Shown: positions 27,461-38,231 of the stretch, piece after piece
How the letters are laid out: every line of letters starts with the position of its first letter
Position numbering within the stretch: the stretch's first letter is position 1
From: Octopus vulgaris
Taxonomy: Eukaryota
DNA: 64,000 nucleotides
NCBI GenBank assembly: GCA_951406725.2
Contig: OX597820.1
Location: forward strand, 37,448,001-37,512,000
Direction: 5' to 3'
The notes under the pieces: model-generated
Databases searched by the model: none
Told to the model about the DNA's origin: nothing
Seen by the model: only the letters and a program-made list of their open reading frames with translations
Translations under genes and position numbers: made by a program

Positions 27461-27620
27461 TCAATTTAAATACACAGGTGAAAGAGCTATTAACAGTTTC
27501 ATGCTTTTATGATACTTGAACAGGCATATTCATAAAATACACCATGTATATTATGTCTATACAAGTGTTGTAGATGCATGAGACTATTAATAGCTTTTTT
27601 CAGTTGTGTATTTAAATTGA
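27461..27620. repeat. Imperfect palindrome (about 68-bp arms)
   Basis: tcaatttaaatacacaggtgaaagagctattaacagtttcatgc... is mirrored by ...gcatgagactattaatagcttttttcagttgtgtatttaaattga. Confidence 0.85.
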
Positions 27621-27732
27621 AATTCATCTCTCACTAGATGGAGTATTTTTATTTGTTGATTCTACCTCTATTGGATCTGTAAACTATATATATATACTTT
27701 ATTATTATTAAAGCTGCAAAAATATCACAAAA

Positions 27733-27774
27733 AACTGCTACTCAGAGTTTCATGTTCACGTCCATCGGACAGTT
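27733..27774 (-). ncRNA. Degenerate minimal type I hammerhead ribozyme (Penelope-like element remnant)
   Basis: AACUGU-CCGAUGG-ACG.UGAA.CAU-GAA-ACUC.U.GAGU-A-GCAGUU. Stems I and III pair; the core has U4C and A9G changes and stem II has one mismatch. Confidence 0.55.
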
Positions 27775-27919
27775 GTGATCAAGAATAAATTATAAGAAGA
27801 TCCAAGGATCAATGTGTAGGAAGTTAGTAGACTTCAAGAAATGCGTAGAAGATATATTACGTAAAAAAAAAAAACTTTGAGGAACAATAGTGGTTTATTA
27901 GTGTAGAAAAATTAAATGG

Positions 27920-28505
27920 AAATCATAGTTGTAATCCCTGTGCCGGTGGCACGTAAAAAGCACCATCTGAACGTGGCCGATGCCAGCGCCGCCTTGACTG
28001 GCTTCTGTGCCAGTGGCACATAAAAAGCACCAACTGATCATGGCCGCTGCCAGCCTCGCCTGGCACCAGTGCCGGTGGCACGTAAAAAGCACCCACTACA
28101 CTCTCGGAGTGGTTGGTGTTAGGAAGGGCATCCAGCTGTAGAAACATTGCCAGATCAGACTGGAGCCTGGTGCAGCCTCCTGGCTTCCCAGATCCCGGTC
28201 GAACCGTCCAACCCATGCTAGTGTGGAAAGCGGACACTAAATGATGATATGGCCGTGACTTTTCCATTGTGTCATACTTGAGATGAAGACCTATCAAGCC
28301 AAGTAAAATCACAGTCATGGCAGATACCTGTGTCATGCAAATGGCACGTAAAAACACCCATTACACTCTCACAGTGGTTGGTATTAGGAAGGGCATCCAG
28401 CCGTAGAAACCTTGCCAAATCAGACTGGAGTCTAGTGCAACTTTCCAGCGTGCCAGCTGTCCAACCCATGCCAGCATGGACAATGGATGCTAAAAGATAA
28501 TGATG
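27920..28505 (+). repeat. RTE 3'-UTR-derived repeats (two tandem copies); other copies at 12735-12930, 28840-29410, 35245-35740, 50757-51040, 62645-62900
   Basis: Shared gtggcacgtaaaaagcacccactacactctcggagtggttggcgttaggaagggcatccagc...ccaacccatgctagcatggaaagcggacg + (GAT)n. Confidence 0.8.
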
Positions 28506-28553
<48 letters not shown>

Positions 28554-28614
28554 ATATATATGAATACTCATATGTGTAATTAAAATATATACATCTGTTT
28601 ATATTGATGTATGT

Positions 28615-28645
<31 letters not shown>

Positions 28646-29668
28646 ATATGTATGTATATATACATATGTGTGTGTGGGTGTGAATGCATGCATGTGGATA
28701 GGTATGTGTGCCCACATGTATGTATCTGGATATATATATATACAAGTGGATTGCATTTGTATATATACATGTATATGGGTTGGTGTGTGCATGCATGTGT
28801 TTGTGTGTGGGCATGTATGTGTGTCCGTGTGTATATATGTCATCATCATCATCGTTTAATGTCCGTTCTCCATGCTAGCATGGGTTGGACAGTTCGACCG
28901 GGGATCTGGGAAGCCAGAAGGCTGCACCAGGCTCCAGTCTTATCTGGCAATGTTTCTACAGCTGGATGCCCTTCCTAACGCCAACCACTCCGTGAGTGTA
29001 GTGGGTGCTTTTTACGTGCCACCCGCACAGGTGCCAGGCGAGGCTGACAACGGCCACGGTCGGATTGGTGCAATTTACGTGCAGTTGAGGCGGCGCTGGC
29101 ACCGGCCACGATTCGGATAGTGCTTTTTACGCACCACCAGTCCAGGGGTCCTGGCATCTGCCGGGTGCCAGTCATAGGATTGGTTCAATTTCGATTTCAA
29201 TTTCACTTGCCCCAACATGTCTTCGCAAGCAAGGGGGTTGGCATGGGTGCCTGTTGTCGGATGAGGTTCGATATCGACTTCGCTTGCCTCAACAGGTCTT
29301 TGTGTCCAAGGGAGGAAAGGCATGCATAAGTGGGCTGGGCTCACTTGTCCTGCCTGGTCTTCTCACGTACAGCATATTTCCAAAGGTCTCGGTCGCTGGT
29401 CGTTTCCTCAGTGTATGTGTATATATTTGTGTAAAATGTGTGCATGTGCACATATGGGGTTAGGTACAGGCGTCTGCTGAATCATGCATGTATACCTGTG
29501 TGTCTCAGTGGGAGCACCTAGGTGTGTGTAGATGGGTTTGAGTGTATGAGAGACCATGTGGAGGCATATATCTGTATGGTTATCTATTTTTGCGGAGGTG
29601 GGTGCAGTGGTTCATGTGTACATGCGTGTGTGTGTGAACGTGTGTATTTATATGTATGTACATGTTTA

Positions 29669-30964
29669 CGAGGGGCGTTCAATAAGTAATGCCCCTGACC
29701 CACTTCTCATTGCAGCAGAGCAACGAAACTTGGCACAGTTATTAGTCTTTTTCTACATAGGAATCATCCAGAGTTACGCATTTCTCCCATCGTTTGATGC
29801 AGCTCTGGAGACCGTTTTTGTAGAAGACCCCAGCTTGGTCCTCCAACCACGACGTGACTTCAGAAATCAAGGCTGCATCATCTGGGAAACGCTTTCCTTT
29901 CAAAAACAACTTCATGGCTGGGAAGAGGTGAAAATCAGAGAGTGCAAGGTCAGGAGAGTAGGGGTGATTGGGGAGGAGTTCATAGCCGCACGCCTGTGCT
30001 TCTGATCTGGCTACACGCGAGTTGTGGACCGGAGCGTTGTCCTGCAGGAGGAGGATGCCTTTGCTGATCTTGCCCCGCCTCTTGATTTTGATAGCTTCTC
30101 TTAATTTCCTCAATAGAGAAGCATAATAGGCTCCTGTAATTGTGGTACCCTTTGCCAGGAAATCTGTCATCACTACTCTGTCCCGGTCCCAGAAGACTGT
30201 GAGCATGACCTTGCCAGCGGAGGGCTGCACCCCTGCCTTCTTTGGAGGAGGTGAGTCACGGTGCTGCCACTGCATTGACTGGGCTTTGGTCTCTGGATCA
30301 TAGTGATGGACCCAGGTTTCATCCTGTGTAATCAGTCTTTTGAAAAATTTTGACTCATCTTCTTGGCACATCTCCAAATTCATCCTCGAGCACTCGACGC
30401 GTTCTTGCTTCTGGAAAGGTGTGAGCAACCTGGGAATCCATCTGGCAGACACCTTTTGCATATGCAAATGGTCATGAATGATAGTTTCCACAGACCCGGT
30501 ACTAATCTTGACCTCATGGGCTATTTGGCGAATAGTTATGCGTCGATCTTCCAAAATGGCAGCCTTAACTTGATGGACAGATGCTTCATCAATGGCAGAA
30601 GGGGGGGGGTGACCAGATCTGGGAGCTGTTTCCACAGAGTTCTGACCATGTTTGAATTCACAATGCCAGCGTTTTACAAGGTCATATGATGGGGCATCAT
30701 AACCATAAGTTACTTTCATTTCATCAAAAGTTTCCCGTGGTGTGCATCCTTTCAAATACAAAAACCGGATCACTACTCGACACTCAACAGGCTCTATTTC
30801 ACACTTGACTCAGTTCAAACACCTGTAAATCAGAAACCACAATTCGTTCAGAGCTGTAATTTGCCACTTAATCTATAGAGATATAAATAATTGCACATGC
30901 AAAATTTCAGCTAGATCAAACAACTGCAAGTAGGTCACGGGCATTACTTATTGAACGTCCCTTG
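29669..30964 (-). mobile_element. Full-length mariner (DD34D) DNA transposon, about 1.3 kb
   Basis: Imperfect TIRs of about 36 bp (CGAGGGGCGTTCAATAAGTAATGCCCCTGACC vs CAAGGGACGTTCAATAAGTAATGCCCGTGACC), TA TSDs at 29667-29668 and 30965-30966, internal transposase ORF. Confidence 0.95.
29742..30797 (-). CDS. Mariner transposase; uninterrupted frame but the presumed start codon is ATA
   Basis: WIPRLL, TQDETW, LQDNAPVH and YSPDLALSD motifs with D34D spacing counted. The frame extends to ATA-GAG-CCT-GTT at 30797, where ATG would be expected. Confidence 0.85.
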   Translation of the reverse strand: MEPVECRVVIRFLYLKGCTPRETFDEMKVTYGYDAPSYDLVKRWHCEFKHGQNSVETAPRSGHPPPSAIDEASVHQVKAAILEDRRITIRQIAHEVKISTGSVETIIHDHLHMQKVSARWIPRLLTPFQKQERVECSRMNLEMCQEDESKFFKRLITQDETWVHHYDPETKAQSMQWQHRDSPPPKKAGVQPSAGKVMLTVFWDRDRVVMTDFLAKGTTITGAYYASLLRKLREAIKIKRRGKISKGILLLQDNAPVHNSRVARSEAQACGYELLPNHPYSPDLALSDFHLFPAMKLFLKGKRFPDDAALISEVTSWLEDQAGVFYKNGLQSCIKRWEKCVTLDDSYVEKD

Positions 30965-31606
30965 TATATCTGGGCAGCTGAGGGTGTATCTGAGAGAGTT
31001 ACTAATTAGAATATAACATTATTTTATAATAAAAATTGTTAAGAAAATATATGTATTTGTAACAAATAGTATCATTTTTGTAACTAAAAACATAAATATA
31101 ATTAAGTATAATAAGTTTCTTTTCTTGTCCTGTATTTTTCCAGTTTCAATACATAAGAATATTCTAGCACTCTGTGCTTGCATTTTTCATTCTGTTATTG
31201 CTTGTTCTGTACTTTTTCAGTTTCATTTCTTAAGAATATTCTAGGATTCAGTGCCAGCATTTTTCATTCTAGTATATATATATATATATATGTTGTTATG
31301 TCCTGTTATTATCATTATTATTGTTTTTTGTATTTATATTCGTATTATTTTTTGTTTTTTTGTATTTATATTCATGTAACATCGTCCGTTTTTCAGTCCT
31401 TGTTTTGTATACATTTGATCCTTTTTCCAAGAAATCTAATGCTCGTAGCTTAGTTTTTCCTTGGGGCTGGCCAGATTGGAGCAATCTCAAGATTAATCAG
31501 CCGAAATTGCGAGGATGATCTGGTTCTTGACTGAAGATTAGAGGCTTCGAATGACCCGTCCGTGTTATTTGTATCGTCTATTTGAATGTTTTGCATTCTT
31601 GTCCCA

Positions 31607-31636
<30 letters not shown>

Positions 31637-31637
<1 letters not shown>

Positions 31638-34065
31638 CATCATCATTATTTAACATCTGCTTTCCATACTGGCATGGGTTGGATGGTTTGATGGAAAACT
31701 GGTAAGCCAGGGGTCTGCACCAGGTTCTGATTTGGCAAGGTTTCTACAGCTGGATGCTCTTCCTAACACCAACTGCTCCAAGAATGTAGTGGGTGCTGCC
31801 ACTGGCATGGGTGCCATTGACCTGACGCCAGCATCAGCCACAACTATGGTCTCACTTGGCTTGACAGGTCTACACAAGCATGGTATATCACCAAAGGTCT
31901 TGGTCACCTGTCACTGCCTCCATGAGGCCCAATGCTTGAACAGTGCTTTTTACGTGTCACCAGCACAGGTGCCAATCAGACGGCAGTGGCATTGGCCATG
32001 ACTACAATATCACTCGGTTTGACAGGTATTCACAAGTATAGCATATTGCCTAATGATTGAAGGGTGCTTTTAATGGGTCACTTATGTGACACTGGCATCA
32101 GCCATGACTGTGGTTTCACTTGGTTTGACGGGTCTTCTCAAGCATGCATATCGCCAAAGGTCTTGGTTGCTTGTCATTGCTTCTGTGAGGCCCAACATTT
32201 GAAGATTGTGCTTAATCAGCTCGTCCCATGTCTTCCTGGGTTTATCTCTTTCACAGGCTCCCTCCACTGTTAGAGTGCAACACTTCTTCACACAGCTGTC
32301 CTCATCCATATGCATCACATGACCATACCAGCACAGTCATCTCTCTTGCACACCACATCTGATGCTTCTTATGTCCAACTTTCTCTCAGGACGCTTACAC
32401 TCTGTCGTGCATGCACACTGACATTACACATCCAGCGGAGCATACTAGCTTCAATTCTTAGAAGCTTATGCATGTCCTCAGCAGTCACAGAATGGTTGTT
32501 TGCACACAGGCATCATACAGTCTGCTTTTCACTCTGAGCAAGTGGCCTTTTGTTACCAGCTGAGGTAGGAGCTCTCTGAACTTTGCCCAACCTATTCTTA
32601 TTCTAGCAGCTATGCTCTCAGAGTATCCACCCCTGCTACTGGCTTGGTCACCTAGGTAACAAGCTATTGACTACTTCTAGTTTTCCCACTTGGCATGTAA
32701 TGGAATCTATTTTCTGTACATTTTTGGTGTTAATTGTACTTGTACACCTTCCACATAAAATCTATCTTCCCTGTTAACCTTCCTCTGAGATTGCTGCACC
32801 TCTTATGTGTCCATAGCTTACACCAGGTACATCTTATGGAGTTTCTATCTACACCTTTTCTATAGATTGAGCAGGATTTGTGATTTGTCCGTCTTCCTAT
32901 TTACTAAGAATTTGGATTTTGCTAGGTTAACTCTAAGGCCCTTCAATCCTAGACCTTACTTCCACACTTGAAACCTCTCTAGTTCTGGTAATGACTCAAC
33001 TATTAGAGCAATGTCATCAGCAGAGAGGAACTCCTAGGGGCAACCTGGCTTGAATTTTTCTGTTATTGCTTGGAGGACTATGATGAACAAGAGAAGGCTG
33101 AGAACTGATCCTTGGTGAACCCCTTGACAACTCTCACCTTACTGACAGCATCCCTGTACATGGCTTGTACAGCTCTCACCAACCACTCACCTATCTCTAG
33201 TTTCTGCATTGATCACCAGATAAGGGATTGAGGGACCCTGTGAATGGCTTTCTCTATGTCAACAAAAGCCAAGTACAGAGGTTTATCTTTTGTTAGGTAT
33301 TTATCCTGCAGCTGTCTTACCAGAAATATAGCATCAGTGGTGCTTCTCCCTGGCACGAACCCAAACTGCATCTCATCTAAACTAACTCTCTCCCTAATTA
33401 CTTGGGCTATGACCCTCTCCATGGCTTTCATGATCCAACAATTTGATACCTCTGTAATTATTCCTATCTAATGCATCACATTTACCTAGGTAGCAGTTGA
33501 CTATGGTGCTGTTACACCAGTCTTTGGGTATGACTCCTTCGTGTATTACCTGGTTAATTATATGGGTGACTGGACCATAGCCAACACCGTCAGATATTTT
33601 AAGCATCTCAGCAGTGATTCCTGATGGGCCAGGGGCTTTCTGTGTTTTCATATCCTTAATTGCTTTATCTACCAAAGTTCTGTCAATTCAGATAGCTCGT
33701 CCCTCAGTGGGGTCGACATTTGGCAGACTCTCTTTCTCCCATTCATTTAGCAACCTTTCATAGTGGCATCTCCAAGTCTCTTTCTTTGCAGCTTCATTAA
33801 ATGCAAGTGAGCCATCATCCATGTGGACACATTTCTCTCCTATGACTTCACAATTTTCTCTCACACACTGTCTTGCAATTTGAAACACTTCAAATCTCTG
33901 GTCCTCATGACACAGAACATTGGCAAATTTTTTCTGCCTCCCTCTGGCTAAGTAAACCTGTCTCCTAGCTTCCCTTCTGACCATCTAATGCATTTCCATG
34001 CTACCACTACACTTCCAGTCCTTCCAAGCCTATTTCTTTTTCCTAATGGCCCTGCCAACTGCATG
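31637..34065 (-). mobile_element. 5'-truncated RTE-clade LINE (RT pseudogene + 3' UTR + (GAT)n tail)
   Basis: KAPGPSGITAEML, NYRGIKLL, QFGFVPGRSTTDAIF, AFVDIEKA, degenerate (Y)ADD box; 3' UTR shared with many short copies in the window. Confidence 0.9.
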
Positions 34066-37000
34066 TATATTTATATATTACATGTTATAATCATTAGATT
34101 GCAGCCATACTGGAGCACTACCTGGAAGGTGGTTCAAGGAATTGACCCCTAATACTTATTTTTAAGCTTGGTAATTATTCTATTGATTTCTTTTGCTGTT
34201 ATGGGGGATGTAAACAAACCAACACCAGTTGTCAAGCGGTGGGCTGACCAATGCCTTATGAGTAAATTTGGTAGATACAAACTGTGTGGAAATCTATTGT
34301 GTGTGTGTGTGTATATACACACGTCTTTTGTGCCTTTGTGTTTGTCTCCTACTACTATTTGATGACTCGTGTTGGTTTGTTTGTGTCCCTGTAACTTATC
34401 AGTTTAGCAAAAAGAGATTGATTAAGTACCAGACTTAAAAATATGTAGTGGGGCGATTTGTTTTACTAAACTTTTCACGGCAATGCTCCAGCATGGCTAT
34501 GTTTCAGTGTCTGAAACAGTTAAAAGATATAATAAAGATATAAAACTAGATTGATAAAATGATTATTAATTAGAGCAAGGAAGTCTGTTAGGTGGAAAAT
34601 AATTTATGTGAGAAGGGAAAAATTTGGAGAGAATGGATTTAGTAAGATCCAAAACACAATGCTATGGAATTTCTAAGCATGGGATTCAACAGCATAGAAT
34701 ATCCATTAGTTAAAACATTTTAGCAGGTTGTAGCTTTTAACCTTTTTATTACTATATTTCTGTTGAAGAGTGCTGCCTTCATTTTAATTAATATTGCAAA
34801 TAATGAAGAATTTATTAACCCTATAACTGCAAAATTAAATTTCATGATTATCTCAGTAATAATGTTAAACATCCAATAAAGTTGACATGTCTCAACAGAA
34901 AATAGTTGCAGCTATAACCTTCCCCCATGAAAGATAGATTGGTATTGAAAACTGCTTTCCACAGAAATTTTGAGTGGATATATCTGCTTTCTACTGTTAA
35001 AATAATTTTGTCATTATTAATCTGCTGTTTCAAATATAAATTAATACGGAATTTTGATGAAAAATTTAAATTTAGATTACATTAAAACAGGAAGTTTGTA
35101 TCAAAGGATGAGATGGTATCAAAAGGATTAAAGGAGACTGTTTTGGGAACAATTACCTGTTTACTTAAGTAATGATATAAGATTTATGTACTCTTCATCC
35201 TTGCTGTACAAAGATAATGAATAAATACACCCTAGCTTCAATACACTTGAGCACCATTTGAGCGTGATCGTTGACAGAGCGGCTAACTGGCTTCCGTGCC
35301 AGTGGCACATAAAAGGTACCATTTGAGTGTGATCGTTACCAGCTTCGCCTTACTGGCACTTGTGCCCCGTGCTAGTAGGGTGCTAAGAGCACCATCTGAG
35401 TGTGATCATTGCCAGAGCGGCTAACTGGCTTCCATGCCGGTGGCATGTAGGAGGCACCATTTGAGCGGGATCGTTACCAGCATCGCCTTACTGGCACCTG
35501 TGCCGTTGGCATGTGTAAAAAACAAAATTTGAGTGAGGTCGTTGCCAGTACCGCCTGACTGGCCCCTGTGCCGGTGGCACATAAAAGCACCACTACACTC
35601 TCGGAGTGGTTGGCGTTAGGAAGGGCATCCAGCTGTAGAAACTCTGCCAGATCAGATTGGAGTCTGGTTCGTCAGCCCTCAGTCAAAATCGTCCAACCCA
35701 TGCTAGCATGGAAAGCGGACGTTAAACGATGATGATGATACATACATACATAAAAAAATGCATGCATATGCACATATTATGTACATTGATATCATCATCA
35801 TCATCATCATCATCATTTAACGTCCACCTTCCATGCTAGTATAGATTGGATGGTTTGACAGGAGCCTGCTCCAGATTTCTATGTCTGTTTTGGCCGAGAT
35901 TTTATGACTGGATGCCCTTCTTAACACCAACCATTCAGCAGAGTGGACTGTGCTTTTTACCTGGCACAAGCACAGGTGAGGTCAGGCAAGGTTTTTACAG
36001 CTTGATGCCCTTCCAAATGCCAACCACTTTACAGTGTGAACTGGATGCTTTCCATGTGGCATCAGCACTGGCAGGGTCACCAAGTAACTTGCAAGAGAGA
36101 GGAGGGGGCATTGAATGAAGTGATCTTGTGTCAGATGAGAAGTTATAGCAAGACAAAGAGATAGAAACAGGTGTCTTGCTGTAGAGGAGGTACATGGTTA
36201 CCTAGCCAAAGAGAGAGATATCAGGAATGAGGACAGAAGCAGGTGTGCTGCTGTAAAGGAGATACAGGGTTACCTAGCCTGAGGGAAGAGCAGGAGAAGG
36301 ACGGAGAGAGAGAGAATGGGAGACAGCAAGAGAACAGGAAAGAGATGGTGACAGAGTGCCGGGCATACTCAAAAGAGACAGGGATCAGAATATAAATGGG
36401 ATGGCCAAGTAAAAGAAGAGAGAGACAGATGGGGGCAAATGCCAGGGCATACCCTTGAGGTATGGAGGTAACAATATGAGTAGCAGGACATTGCCAATGA
36501 AGCGTGAGTTGAGAGTGAGAGAATGAGGAGTGCAACACATGCATGCATAGCTATGTGTGTGTGTGTGTGTGTGTGTTGGCTGTGTGGTAAGTAGCTTGCT
36601 TACCAACCACATGGTTCCAGGTTCAGTTCCACTGTGTGGCACTTTGGGCATGTGTCTTCTACTATAACCTCAGGCTGACCAAGACCTTGTGAGTGGATTT
36701 GGTAGACGGAAATTGAAAGAAGCCTGTTGTGTGTGTGTGTCTGTTTGTCCCCCCCCCCATGATCACTTGACAACTGATGTTGGTATGTTTATAGTCCCCG
36801 TAACTTAGTGGTTCAGCAAAAGAGACTGATGGAATAAGTACTAAGCTTACAAAGAATAAGTCCTGGGGTTGATGTGTTCGAATAAAGGCAGTGCTCCAGC
36901 ATGGCTGCAGTCAAATGACTGAAACGAATAAAAGAATATATGTGTGTGTGTGTGTGTGTATGTATGTATCTCTCTATCTATGAGTTATTTCTCAACTCAT

Positions 37001-38231
37001 TTTAGCTAATTTTAGTTTTGTTTATGCCAATTATCGAGGCCATTAGAGACTTCTATTCATCTTTTGTTATATATCTATTTTGTTCAACTGGAGACAAGGA
37101 AAGGCAACTGCTGTGCTGGTGATGCCTGTTGAAGCAGTAGTACATGTACACAGCGTACCACTTGTCTCCAATTGATTAAATTGCCTTTTCCTTAATCGCT
37201 TATCAGTTTCAAAATATCCTTGATTTTTGAAATTATTCCCTCACCACTATCCATTTGGAGATAGTTCCAATCACCATCAAAAAATTGTTCTACATTCTGG
37301 GAGCAAAGATAATTTCAATAAATCAAAAATTTATCTTATTTGTTATTTGAAATACACTTTTACTCTTTTACTTGTTTCAGTCATTTGACTGCGGCCATGC
37401 TGGAGCACCGCCTTTAGTCGAGCAAATCAACCCCGGGACTTATTCTTTGTAAGCCCAGTACTTATTCTATCGGTCTCTTTTGCTGAACCGCTAAGTGACG
37501 GGGACGTAAACACACCAGCATCGGTTGTCAAGCAATGCTAGGGGGACAAACACAGACACACAAACACATATATATATATATAGATATATACGACAGGCTT
37601 CTTTCAGTTTCCGTCTACAAAATCCACTCACAAGGCATTGGTCGGCCCGGGGCTTGTTCAATTTTTTTTATCCAAGTACATGAAACTGACCACTGAGTTC
37701 TTCCTCTTAGCTCATTTTTTTTTGTTTTATTCATATCATCATCATAATCTTATCATGGTTTAATTGTCCATTTTTCATGCTGACATAGGTTGGATAGCTT
37801 GGCAGGAGCTTGCAAGCCAGAAAACTCCATCAGGCTCTGCTGTTTGCTTTTGCACGGTTTCTATAGTTGGATGCCTTTCCTAACACCAACGACTTTACAG
37901 AGTTAACTGGATGCTTTTTGTTTGGTACCAGCAGCAGTGGTGATGATGATACATACATACATATACATAACCTAGTGGTTATGCTGTTGCACTCATGATC
38001 GCTAGACCATAAGTTTGATTCCCTGACTTGACAGCACGTTGTGTTCTTGAGCAAAATACTTTATTTCACATAGCTCCAGTCCTGCTTTTGATCAAGGGGG
38101 AATATTGGCCTGCTTGCCTAGCCAGTGGGGTGTCATGATTTGAAGGCTAAAACAATGCAAAAGCACATTGTGACCAGCAATGTGTAACAACATCTGACAG
38201 CCTGATCAGTCATGTGAGCATGTGCTATATA

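Noticed and set aside
35245-35590. CRISPR-like repeat/spacer appearance
   Set aside because: Units are degenerate along their whole length, lack unique spacers, sit in a LINE 3' UTR in eukaryotic DNA, and there are no cas genes.
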